Under the pieces are notes generated by a model, which was not told where the DNA came from, made no database searches, and worked only from the letters and a program-made list of their open reading frames with translations. From the IMG/VR virus record IMGVR_UViG_3300021438_000010, positions 1-64,000 of that record: 64,000 nucleotides of DNA; one strand, written 5' to 3'. A program made the position numbers and the translations under genes. Positions 29,920 to 38,886 of this stretch are shown here, in pieces (position 1 is the first letter of the stretch; each line of letters begins with the position of its first letter). The DNA comes from a virus.

Positions 29920-31531
29920 TAATGATCTCCTCTATTTTCATTATTTTATCAAGAAGGTTTATACCAAGAACATCAAACTTTACATGACCCAAAGCCTCCA
30001 AATCCGACATTTCTAATCCAGCAATTTTTTCCGATGATCCTTTTTGTTTTACCATAGGACATACTTGTTGTAATGGTTCAGCAGATATAACAACACCAGC
30101 AGCATGTTTACCTTGAGTCTTAAATGTACCCTCTATTTGAATAGCCTGCTCAAAATATTCAGCATATTCTCCATCTAATTTGTTGTCTTCTGATAATCTA
30201 CAAAAGTCTCGTAATGCATCAGAATTATTTATTAATGCCCACTTTATAATAGATCTATCTTCATCATCCATTTCTGCTAATTGATCTGAAATTTTAGCTT
30301 CATCTGGAATGCAGTTACTGATAGCATTCATCTCTGCGAATGAACAAGCCTCATTTATACGCAATACTTCTTTTATGGCACTTTTTCCTTGTAGCCTACC
30401 AAAAGTTAACATTTGACTAACTCTTTCATGACCATACTTGTCTTTAATATATGAAATAATTTCATCACGTTTAGTACCGGGAACGTCCATGTCAATATCT
30501 GGTAAAGATATATGATCGGCAGTATTTCGCCCAGCATTATAAAATCGTGCAAACAGAAGATCAAACTCTATAGGATCAATCTTAGTAATACCAATTAAGT
30601 ATGAGATTAAACAACCTGCGGCAGACCCTCTACCGGGACCAGAAAGCCAGCCCATATCATTAACATGCTGTATAATATCACGAACAATTAAAAAATATCC
30701 GAATAGATTAGCACCTTTAATAACATCAAATTCTTCCTTGAATCTACTAAGATATTTCTGCTTATCTTCTTCTTTTGATACTTTGCCTTGATCTATTAAT
30801 ATTTTCTTCCAACCTATGCGACATAGTTCTTTAAGATAATCTTCTTCTGTCGCTCCTTTTGGACACTCAAATTTTGGAAGCATTGGCTTGCTAAGAATAT
30901 CGTAGTCTTCGCATTGGTCATAAATCTTTTTTAGTTTAGTTATATCTAAACCCTTGGTTTCTGTTTTGTCTTTTACATAGAAAGAATCGCTAGTAAAAAA
31001 ACTTAATTTATCTAGATGTTCCTTGGGATATTTATTTTCATCTACTAAAATATCTCCATCTAGGGCTTTATGCAAAGACTTCTTTATCTTTGGTAATGTT
31101 GTCTTCATCTCTGAACACAATAATATTCTATGAAGCTTTGCATCTTCACGATTAGTATAATAGCTGATAGGCATTGATTCGTCGGGAGCATTGAAGACAC
31201 TAATGAGATTTTTGCTAACCTCTAAGCTATCAAAATCTCTTGGTAATTTGCCATTTTCGTCCAATGCTGAAACCATCTCAATCAATTCATACCAACCTTC
31301 TTTGTTCTTAGCAAATAATGTAGTAGCATCAAAAGAGCATCCAATAATAGGCTTTATACCATGCTTTTTACAAGCCTTATAAAATGCTACTGCTCCAGAT
31401 AATGTCTTATAATCACAGATACCACATGCTGGATATCCATTTTCTTTACATTTTTTAGCCAATTCTTCTGGTTTTGAGTAACCTTTTAGCAAACTATAGT
31501 GAGTATAATTCTTCAACGGGAACCAATTCAT
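29900..31531 (-). CDS. dnaE: DNA polymerase III alpha subunit, N-terminal half (degenerate PHP + palm/thumb)
   Basis: THYSLL, KPIIG, GYFLIVRD, GPGRGSAAG, LLFARF, SLPDIDMD, KHAAGVVI, KFDVLG. Confidence 0.93.
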   Translation of the reverse strand: MNWFPLKNYTHYSLLKGYSKPEELAKKCKENGYPACGICDYKTLSGAVAFYKACKKHGIKPIIGCSFDATTLFAKNKEGWYELIEMVSALDENGKLPRDFDSLEVSKNLISVFNAPDESMPISYYTNREDAKLHRILLCSEMKTTLPKIKKSLHKALDGDILVDENKYPKEHLDKLSFFTSDSFYVKDKTETKGLDITKLKKIYDQCEDYDILSKPMLPKFECPKGATEEDYLKELCRIGWKKILIDQGKVSKEEDKQKYLSRFKEEFDVIKGANLFGYFLIVRDIIQHVNDMGWLSGPGRGSAAGCLISYLIGITKIDPIEFDLLFARFYNAGRNTADHISLPDIDMDVPGTKRDEIISYIKDKYGHERVSQMLTFGRLQGKSAIKEVLRINEACSFAEMNAISNCIPDEAKISDQLAEMDDEDRSIIKWALINNSDALRDFCRLSEDNKLDGEYAEYFEQAIQIEGTFKTQGKHAAGVVISAEPLQQVCPMVKQKGSSEKIAGLEMSDLEALGHVKFDVLGINLLDKIMKIEEIINDRQNK

Positions 31532-31567
31532 ATATTTCCTTATTCAAAATCAAGAGATCAACAACTT

Positions 31568-31596
31568 ATTATACCGTCTTGGGGACCATAAGTCAA
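31568..31596 (-). promoter_or_regulatory. Near-consensus sigma70 promoter upstream of dnaE-N
   Basis: TTGACT-N17-TATAAT on the - strand in the intergenic gap. Confidence 0.8.
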
Positions 31597-31617
31597 TATG
31601 ACCCCCAAACAAAATTA

Positions 31618-32163
31618 TCAAACCTGTATGCTTAAGAAATTATCAAGACCCATTTGCTCAATAAGCTTCAAATAACCTTCATATAATTCAATACCATCTT
31701 CACTACCTTGTAGTAATGGAGTCATCATATTAGCAGTAATTTCATCACCAACTGCCCTAGCCGCCACAATCGTTGCCCTCTCAGCAACAGACGCTTCTTT
31801 TACTGATGCAAGATTATATTCGATCATTGACACCATATCATGACGTTTCCACGAAGGCGGGCTTACCATCAATGGTTGATAGTCAGCGTCAAAAAATTCA
31901 AGTCTTTTAATATTGATTGCGGCGTGTTCTTGTTCTTGTTTTGAATCGGCCTTAATAATTTCTGCTAGTTTTTTGTATCCCCATCTTTCAAGATGTTCTG
32001 CTTGTGCTGTTAGAACAGTTGTTTGCTGCCAGTGAATATTTAATGATTTTTTCAATAGTTCTATAACTTGGTCACTAGAGTAACCAGACACTTCTTGTGC
32101 TATAACATCATCTTTTATTTCGGATTGATTCTGTTGATCCAAAAGTTCATTAATACTTGTCAT
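31618..32163 (-). CDS. bfr: Bacterioferritin-like protein (degenerate ferroxidase centre)
   Basis: VIELL..RWGYKKLA..EQEHA..KRL..F; GDEIT; C-terminal LIEQMGLDNFL matches Bfr helix E. Confidence 0.75.
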   Translation of the reverse strand: MTSINELLDQQNQSEIKDDVIAQEVSGYSSDQVIELLKKSLNIHWQQTTVLTAQAEHLERWGYKKLAEIIKADSKQEQEHAAINIKRLEFFDADYQPLMVSPPSWKRHDMVSMIEYNLASVKEASVAERATIVAARAVGDEITANMMTPLLQGSEDGIELYEGYLKLIEQMGLDNFLSIQV

Positions 32164-32178
32164 ATATATCTCCTGTAT

Positions 32179-32598
32179 TTATTTTATTGGACCGCCAGTG
32201 ATCCATGCGTCACAAGTCCTATCTCCAGCACATTTAAAATCAAATAACTCACAGTATCCTAAATTGGCTTTGTCAACTATATCTAGTGCTAATTGCTCTT
32301 CATCTATTTCAGAAGCAATTCCTTTTTCTATGCAATTTATCATTTTTTCTTTTTGGATAAATGCTGCACAGTTTTTGCATCTCATTGTTTGTGCTTGTTC
32401 AATATCTGTTTTAAATAGATCGGCTTTCTTTTTCCAAAAATCAGAATTATCTAGTTCTGGATTCGCTGGACCATAGTTTGCTTTTTCTACACAAATCTTT
32501 CTATTAGCTAAATTAATAGTAATATCCTGCGTTGCTGGCGGGCATTCTATTTTAGCTTGAACGGATTGTAATAATTCTTCTGCTCTAGATTTTTTCAT
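32179..32598 (-). CDS. Cys-rich HiPIP-like putative Fe-S protein
   Basis: CKNC..F...GYCELF...CDAW resembles the HiPIP pattern CxNC...GCxLF...CxxW. Confidence 0.45.
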   Translation of the reverse strand: MKKSRAEELLQSVQAKIECPPATQDITINLANRKICVEKANYGPANPELDNSDFWKKKADLFKTDIEQAQTMRCKNCAAFIQKEKMINCIEKGIASEIDEEQLALDIVDKANLGYCELFDFKCAGDRTCDAWITGGPIK

Positions 32599-32607
32599 GA
32601 TTTCTCC

Positions 32608-33372
32608 TTACCAGCTTTTGCAAGCCCAGTATCGTGCTTTATATTTAGGGCCGGGATTATCACATCTCATTCTTGCTCTAAAGCTTTTGCGTCTAGCAGG
32701 AATGTCTTTCTTGATTTCCATATTAGGATCACCAAAGTTTACTTTAACGACATTACCTTTGTCATTCTTAACGTATACGCTAAACTTCTTGGGACCATCT
32801 GGAGTTCTAAACGGTTTGTTGAGCGTTACTTTTCTGCCTTGATATTCTTCTGCCTCGCCCATATACATTAACACTCTACCATCTTTCTCATAATAACCCT
32901 TGCGTCTATAAGTGTAGACTTCGCCGGTATGAGTGTCTTGGTATTGATGTTTACCTTCTGTTTCTTCATTCTGAGCCTTCTTCCAAGCTTCTGGATCTGG
33001 ACGATCTTTATCTCCCGGCTTTGCTGGCTTATAATTCTTACCTTCTCGCTCTTTCTTCTTTCTTATATTATCCCAAAGTCCCGGCTTTTCTCCAGCAATG
33101 TCCCATTCTTCTGTTTCTTCGCCAAAATCTTCATACTCTGCTTCTGCTGGAATATAGAAATTGTTTTCATCAATTTCTTCTTCATATCCGAATTCCATTT
33201 GCATATAAAAATCAGCGGCTTCAATACAATCGCAATCGGCTGTTGCCTGACCGATGCATATTGCCACTCTTTGAGAATTATCTGGATATTCTTTCTTCAT
33301 CACTTCGCTGCTCATGCAGCGTGAAACAAACTTGTCTTTATCTTCATCTTTATTTCTTTTAGGAAGTGGCAT
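32608..33372 (-). CDS. Modular conserved phage hypothetical protein
   Basis: Short modules MPLPKR..FVSRCM..RVAIC and GLWDNIRKK, plus a C-terminal KKFSVYVK..VNFGD..RRKSFRAR..C..ARYWAC domain. Confidence 0.6.
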   Translation of the reverse strand: MPLPKRNKDEDKDKFVSRCMSSEVMKKEYPDNSQRVAICIGQATADCDCIEAADFYMQMEFGYEEEIDENNFYIPAEAEYEDFGEETEEWDIAGEKPGLWDNIRKKKEREGKNYKPAKPGDKDRPDPEAWKKAQNEETEGKHQYQDTHTGEVYTYRRKGYYEKDGRVLMYMGEAEEYQGRKVTLNKPFRTPDGPKKFSVYVKNDKGNVVKVNFGDPNMEIKKDIPARRKSFRARMRCDNPGPKYKARYWACKSW

Positions 33373-34228
33373 AATTATCTCCAAGTATTGTTTTTTTAGC
33401 TTCGTTAAAAATATTGTCTAGACTTGCTCTTGGTATCCTATTTCTAAAATAGTTATAGATACTTGATACCATCAAATCATTTGGATTTTTTGTTATTTCT
33501 AACCATCCTATAAAATAATTCCAAATTCGGTCTTCTAATACTAATCTGTATTTAACGCCCTCCGGTCTTCCAAATCTATGTAACCATCCTAACTGGGGAA
33601 GACATATTGATCTACCACCATTTCTTCTAAATTTTTCATGTATATATCCCTCTTCACCACCAAATCCTTTAAAATGTTCATTAAATCCAAGCCAGTTTTT
33701 GGTTTCACACGAAAACAGTCCAAGTCCCATCATTGGTATGTCAAAAGGTTCACCTTTTTCACATGCATCTTTGTTTGTACCCCAAGTTCCAAACATGTCT
33801 CCACGCCAAACGGGATCGAATTGAGTAGAATAACTTGTTTGATCGTCATAGATCATCGGACCTTGTACTATATCCTTACAGTCAGGTTTGCTTTCATAAT
33901 ATTTTAATAAGGAATCTAATCCCCCCGGCCTTATAAAAACGTGACAGTCAACAGAAACAGTATATTTACCAGATGAATTAGCAAATATTTCATTTCTAAC
34001 CGCTGTACTTGTTCTGCTTTCGTATGGTATGTATCTTACATTTTTAAGCCATCCACACATCCCTTTTACTGACTCGCCATGCTTGCCTTTTGGATTATTG
34101 TCTATAATTATTATTTCATAATCGATTGATTTAAGTATATCTTGATACATTATAAGAGCTTGAGTAGTGAAATAAACACCATCAAAATCATCATATGTAG
34201 CCATTCCTATAGTAAGTAATTTACTCAT
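33359..34228 (-). CDS. Glycosyltransferase family 2
   Basis: LTIGMATY, EIIIIDN, VDCH (DxH), GFGGEE. Confidence 0.85.
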   Translation of the reverse strand: MSKLLTIGMATYDDFDGVYFTTQALIMYQDILKSIDYEIIIIDNNPKGKHGESVKGMCGWLKNVRYIPYESRTSTAVRNEIFANSSGKYTVSVDCHVFIRPGGLDSLLKYYESKPDCKDIVQGPMIYDDQTSYSTQFDPVWRGDMFGTWGTNKDACEKGEPFDIPMMGLGLFSCETKNWLGFNEHFKGFGGEEGYIHEKFRRNGGRSICLPQLGWLHRFGRPEGVKYRLVLEDRIWNYFIGWLEITKNPNDLMVSSIYNYFRNRIPRASLDNIFNEAKKTILGDNYATS

Positions 34229-34234
34229 AATATT

Positions 34235-35254
34235 TTAGCCGGGAGCTGAATAGAACCCGATGTCAAATCCTTTCCTTGTGCAGTCTTTTATTGTCTGTTC
34301 CATACCATTAGTTTTTATACTATTCTCTATATATATACACATGTTTTGATCGGTTTCTGGCCAGTTATGCTTACAATAGTGGCATAATTTGGTACATTTC
34401 CAGTTCTCACGATTCTGCGAAATTGGCTGTGGTTTTTCGTTGTTTTTGATCTCTAAAAACCTGTCTTTTAACATTTCTAGGAATCTCTTTTCGTCGGATT
34501 TGTCAAAACACATTGAGAATGGACCGCCATCTTTAATAAAAAAGATGCTCATTATTGATTGCCTATATTCTGGGAAAAGCTTAGAAATTGCATAATTATA
34601 TAGCAGCAATTGTGGGTCAGAACACAGTTTACCATATGTCTTTTCTTCGCCAGTTGCCCAATCTAATCTGCGTCCAGTTTTCCAATCAATGACTTCAATA
34701 ATGCCTTCATCAGTTTCTGTAACTAGATCTATAGTACCTTTGATAGCTAACTGACCCTTGATCTTTTGGCCATCTACTTCGTATTCATAAAAAGCCCAAT
34801 CTTCATCTATGGGTATATCAAAGTGAGGCTCTGCCGCGACTATTTTTCTCAACCTAGGATCAAACTGACCGTCATTGTATTTTAATGTATCCCATACTAA
34901 TTTTAAGCATAGGTCTTTGTCGCTCTTTGTAAAGTTATGCTTAGAACTATTTGTGTAAAAGTCAAAACTTCTAGATAAGAGTTTATCGACTAGTGTGCTA
35001 GTTAACAATTCATTTTTTTTGATTGATACTGTCTTTAAGGCATCGTCTTCTATACTTAACGTAGCTTTTCTTGAGTTATCTTGTTGATACTTCTTTAAAT
35101 TGGCTAATACTTCCATAACTTTGTGGACGATAGTGCCTAACTCTGCCTTTTTACCACTATCTGGTTGATGACCCAAAACATAAGTTATAAAGTACTGCAT
35201 TTGGCAGTAGGCATAATTATTATAACTAGATGACCTTATGTATGTTACTAGCAT
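34235..35254 (-). CDS. RecB/AddB/Cas4-like PD-(D/E)XK exonuclease with an Fe-S staple
   Basis: GTIVH, GTIDLV, IDWKTG, QLLLY; N-terminal Cys plus C-terminal C..LCHYC..C. Confidence 0.85.
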   Translation of the reverse strand: MLVTYIRSSSYNNYAYCQMQYFITYVLGHQPDSGKKAELGTIVHKVMEVLANLKKYQQDNSRKATLSIEDDALKTVSIKKNELLTSTLVDKLLSRSFDFYTNSSKHNFTKSDKDLCLKLVWDTLKYNDGQFDPRLRKIVAAEPHFDIPIDEDWAFYEYEVDGQKIKGQLAIKGTIDLVTETDEGIIEVIDWKTGRRLDWATGEEKTYGKLCSDPQLLLYNYAISKLFPEYRQSIMSIFFIKDGGPFSMCFDKSDEKRFLEMLKDRFLEIKNNEKPQPISQNRENWKCTKLCHYCKHNWPETDQNMCIYIENSIKTNGMEQTIKDCTRKGFDIGFYSAPG

Positions 35255-35997
35255 CAAATCCTCCAAAAAGTATTGTTTTTAAGTTCACCACATAAAGTTT
35301 CTAGTGTCATGTTATGATTATCAATGACCATATCAAAATTATGCCAATCAAACCTATCGCTATCTAGCGATGATTCAGACTCAGAATCACTGTTAAATAC
35401 ATTCCTTGTAAGTCTTATAACGATTCCACCATTGTCTTTTATAGATTTTACTTCATTTGGGAATCTTACATCTGGTATAATTGCCAGTTGTGAATCCTCA
35501 CTTATTACCTTATTTATTGTAGCATCTACCCATGCTGTTGACTTTATTTTTCTTATAATTTTTGTTCCAAAATGCTCCAAAAATTCTCTATGTGTCATAT
35601 ATCCCGATTTATTATTATCATTATTTGGTACATCTTCCCACTTGATATTTGTAAGTTCATTCTTTTGGTCATCTGTACCATATACATTGGTGGGATCAAA
35701 GCCAAATAAATTTACGCACATGTCTTTTAAGTAATCTGCGAAATGGTATACCTTGATATATGGCCATAATTCTCTTTGTGCATACTCAACAAATACATTG
35801 TCCTTTCTTGTAACATCAAATATGCCATACCCACTAGTTCCCGCTGAGTCTTTGGTTTGTATTCCAAGCTTACCGTCATCCTCAATGAAAAATTGTTCAA
35901 TCATCATTTTGTTTTGTAAAACATCGCCATTCATATAATTTGCGATTGTATTTTTACCAGATTGTTTTCTACCAGATATACCTATTATTTTAACCAT
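35254..35997 (-). CDS. Deoxynucleoside monophosphate kinase
   Basis: GISGRKQSGKNT P-loop, FADYLK, REFLEHFGT, IPDVRFPNE. Confidence 0.88.
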   Translation of the reverse strand: MVKIIGISGRKQSGKNTIANYMNGDVLQNKMMIEQFFIEDDGKLGIQTKDSAGTSGYGIFDVTRKDNVFVEYAQRELWPYIKVYHFADYLKDMCVNLFGFDPTNVYGTDDQKNELTNIKWEDVPNNDNNKSGYMTHREFLEHFGTKIIRKIKSTAWVDATINKVISEDSQLAIIPDVRFPNEVKSIKDNGGIVIRLTRNVFNSDSESESSLDSDRFDWHNFDMVIDNHNMTLETLCGELKNNTFWRI

Positions 35998-37024
35998 TAA
36001 CTATTCCCCGGATTTGTGGTATTACTATTTTGTTGATCTGCTCTACGCTCATTTCGCCAACATCCTTAGTTGGTATTCTTGGAAAAGAAAGCTTGTACAT
36101 TCTACCTAGCTGTCTTTGCAGTTGAACCTTTGCTTCTCTTCCTGCTTGATCATTGTCCATCAGAACTACTATATGCGTGAGTGGCATTTTGTACAGTTTT
36201 GTTTCCTGCTCTTTGCTAAGAGTTCTTCCAAAAATACTCATACATTGAGTAATTCCAGCCTCATATAGCCTCCAAACATCGCCTTGCCCTTCAACTAAAA
36301 CTAAGGATGAGGTTTTTTGAACGCTACTTATAGCTCTGTGATAATTATAGAAAAAATATCTTTTATCAAAACCCTTGGGATCTAGTAGAAATTTAGGATG
36401 CTTATAATCTTTGATAGATCGTGCTATACATGCTATTATTTTTTCACCGGTATCATTATGAATTGGTATAATAGATCTATCATATAGTTTAGATGATTTG
36501 TTAGTACAGTCTCCCACCCCAAAATGCATTAATGTTTCTGGTTTAAATCCTCTAGAAATGAAATATTTTGACGGTAACTCTGAACATATTTCTTCTTTAA
36601 TAGCTGGGTAATCTTGATCTAGAGTGATGCTAGAATTTATGGTATTAACAAGTTTAGAGAAATCATCTTCCTCAAACTTGGGTTTAGAAACTATTTTTGA
36701 TTTGCTTTGTTTATTTATTCCTAGAAAGTTACAAGACCATTTTAAGGCTTCTGAAAAACCGGCATCAATTCCGCTATCCTTCGATATTGATCCTCTGATA
36801 ACCCCAAAGATATCATTCCTATATTGCTCTTGACAGTCTCTGGTCCAGCATTTCCAGATCCCTTTATCTTTTGAAAAGGAAAAAGCTCTTGGATTATCAC
36901 TGCCATCATGTACCGGACAATTACAGTATATATTATCTCCTAACACCTCGTATTTCATACCAAGGCTTGAAAATACTTCTTCTGCCCGATTATTTAGATC
37001 ACTCTTGATCTTCTGCAAGTCCAT
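35990..37024 (-). CDS. dnaG: DNA primase
   Basis: CPVH..WKCWT..C zinc finger; TOPRIM motifs LVEGQGD and MDNDQAG. Confidence 0.9.
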   Translation of the reverse strand: MDLQKIKSDLNNRAEEVFSSLGMKYEVLGDNIYCNCPVHDGSDNPRAFSFSKDKGIWKCWTRDCQEQYRNDIFGVIRGSISKDSGIDAGFSEALKWSCNFLGINKQSKSKIVSKPKFEEDDFSKLVNTINSSITLDQDYPAIKEEICSELPSKYFISRGFKPETLMHFGVGDCTNKSSKLYDRSIIPIHNDTGEKIIACIARSIKDYKHPKFLLDPKGFDKRYFFYNYHRAISSVQKTSSLVLVEGQGDVWRLYEAGITQCMSIFGRTLSKEQETKLYKMPLTHIVVLMDNDQAGREAKVQLQRQLGRMYKLSFPRIPTKDVGEMSVEQINKIVIPQIRGIVNG

Positions 37025-38465
37025 TTATTTTTAACTTATCTAATGTGTCTTGATTTACCATGCCAGTATCTCCTACTGGCTGGTTCTTAAATTCATTTCT
37101 AGTCTTGAGTTCTCTTAGTTTGGCGTGTGATCCTTGCATGACCATATTTATATAGTCACCATCATCTAATCCTCCACCATGTCTTGACACAATAGGAACT
37201 AGTTTTCTATTACCAGCATTTGGACCGTCTTCTGCTAATTCTTCTGGCGATTTAGCCTTGAAGATACTAAATGAAGTACACAGCCAAATTAGTCTATCTG
37301 AGCCGCTAACAGCGTCTGTGCTTTCTTTGGTTATGCCATCACGGTTAAGCTGAACGAATGAAAGGCATGGTATGTCAAGTTTAACGCAAAGATTATGAAG
37401 AGAAGTAATTTGAAAGCCAAGTGCTTGGTATTCTTGTATGTTATTGGTTATAGAACTAGAAGACATTAGCTTAAGATAATCATATATAATAAGACAGTTA
37501 TTTGTTTTACCATTGTCATCCATTCTAACGTCTTGCATTACCCATCGTCTAATTAAGTTAAGTATTTGTTCAAACGGCTTTCCTGCAACGCTAACGTAAC
37601 TATACGGTATGGATTCAATCTTTTCAATAGCGTCTAATACCTTTTGTCGTTTTTCATCATCCTCTGTGAATCTTCCAGTAGCGATTTCATTAATTGGAAC
37701 GCCACTGATATTCGCTAATAGCCTATTCAAATGATCTTCTTTGCTCATTTCGGTATCTAACATTAATACCGGAATTTCTTTAGAAGATACATTTAAAGCT
37801 ACATTATCGGCAAATACGCTTTTGCCAACCTTTGGTCGTGCGGATATAAGATCAACGCATTTCCTTCTTAGTCCTCCACCAATGGCTTCGTCATACTTAT
37901 TAAAGCCTGTTGGTATTCCTATAATGTCACATTTGTTCTCTTCTAGGAATTCTAAATACTGTTTGGCATCCTTGCCAATCTTCTCTGGAAGATCGCCGCT
38001 ATCGTCTTCTCGTAAAAAGTCTGTAACGGGATTTTCTAGAATTTGTATAATTTCATTTATAGACTCTGACCCAGTAACATCATCTATATCCTTGTGGATT
38101 TTTGCTGTAAGACCTTTTATCTTACGTGCAAATTCAAATTTCTTAATCTGTATTGCAAAGCTAAACACATTATCTTTGTTGATCGGGAAGTCCATTAAGG
38201 ACTTTATGTATTTCAACTCTTGATCTGTATTTATGCTCTCAGAAAGACTCAACTGTTCTGATGCAGATAAAATAGATGGTATATCTACTTTCTGGTCATT
38301 CAATATAACCTTTTCAATACACTTAAACAATACTTGATTGTTAAAGTGACCGAAGCTATCTTGATTAATGACATCAGATATAGATACATAGGCATCTATG
38401 CCGTGCTGCAAAAGCCCAGCTAAAACCGCTCTCTCTGATCCAATATCAGTTAATTTAGTTTCCAT
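36999..38465 (-). CDS. dnaB: Replicative DNA helicase
   Basis: SERAVLAGLL, PTGF..D..IGGG, ARPKVGKS Walker A, DTEM, IYDYLKL, VQLNR; start placed at METKL. Confidence 0.93.
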   Translation of the reverse strand: METKLTDIGSERAVLAGLLQHGIDAYVSISDVINQDSFGHFNNQVLFKCIEKVILNDQKVDIPSILSASEQLSLSESINTDQELKYIKSLMDFPINKDNVFSFAIQIKKFEFARKIKGLTAKIHKDIDDVTGSESINEIIQILENPVTDFLREDDSGDLPEKIGKDAKQYLEFLEENKCDIIGIPTGFNKYDEAIGGGLRRKCVDLISARPKVGKSVFADNVALNVSSKEIPVLMLDTEMSKEDHLNRLLANISGVPINEIATGRFTEDDEKRQKVLDAIEKIESIPYSYVSVAGKPFEQILNLIRRWVMQDVRMDDNGKTNNCLIIYDYLKLMSSSSITNNIQEYQALGFQITSLHNLCVKLDIPCLSFVQLNRDGITKESTDAVSGSDRLIWLCTSFSIFKAKSPEELAEDGPNAGNRKLVPIVSRHGGGLDDGDYINMVMQGSHAKLRELKTRNEFKNQPVGDTGMVNQDTLDKLKINGLAEDQE

Positions 38466-38466
38466 A

Positions 38467-38886
38467 CTACTTTCCGGTGCATCGATTACAGCGATAATAA
38501 TCACCGTGAACGAATCGTGCGTCTTCTTTAAATGTTTTACCGCAAACGTGACATTCTACCTCAACCTTTTTATGTGGCTGGCGACGGCGTGGAGTTTTTT
38601 CAAACTGAGGTGTTTCTACATCTCTGAATTCGCCTGTATCCTTCCACTCATTCTTTCTGGCTCTCACGGGTTCTTTTCTCCTAGTATTAGAAGTACTGTC
38701 CTGCTTAAACATTGTAAAATCTTCATTCACACTTGCAGGCGGTGTGGAAGATTGTATCTTTTTTATGCTTTCCTTTTTTACTTCTTCTGGAACGTTTGAC
38801 ACCGTTGGGCTATCTCCAACTAGTGCCTTTAATAATGCTTGCTTTTGCTCATCGTTGAGCATGTTTATAAAATCGTTCATACTCAT
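38467..38886 (-). CDS. Hypothetical protein with a C-terminal zinc ribbon
   Basis: CHVCGK...CNRC. Confidence 0.6.
   Translation of the reverse strand: MSMNDFINMLNDEQKQALLKALVGDSPTVSNVPEEVKKESIKKIQSSTPPASVNEDFTMFKQDSTSNTRRKEPVRARKNEWKDTGEFRDVETPQFEKTPRRRQPHKKVEVECHVCGKTFKEDARFVHGDYYRCNRCTGK

Noticed and set aside
26817-31531. dnaE as a pseudogene
   Set aside because: Both halves are intact, keep all catalytic and finger motifs, and together cover the whole protein; the locus has a consensus promoter
34235-35254. CRISPR-Cas system suggested by the Cas4-like nuclease
   Set aside because: No repeat-spacer array or other cas genes; the context is replication and recombination
38466-38504. Longer DnaB start (MIIIAVIDAPESS)
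   Set aside because: It overlaps the upstream Zn-ribbon gene; the ATG at 38465 directly follows that gene's stop
37741-38799. Antisense + strand ORFs (160 and 133 aa) and the many similar short shadow ORFs in the track
   Set aside because: They lie opposite well-supported genes, show no motifs, and have the typical antisense composition
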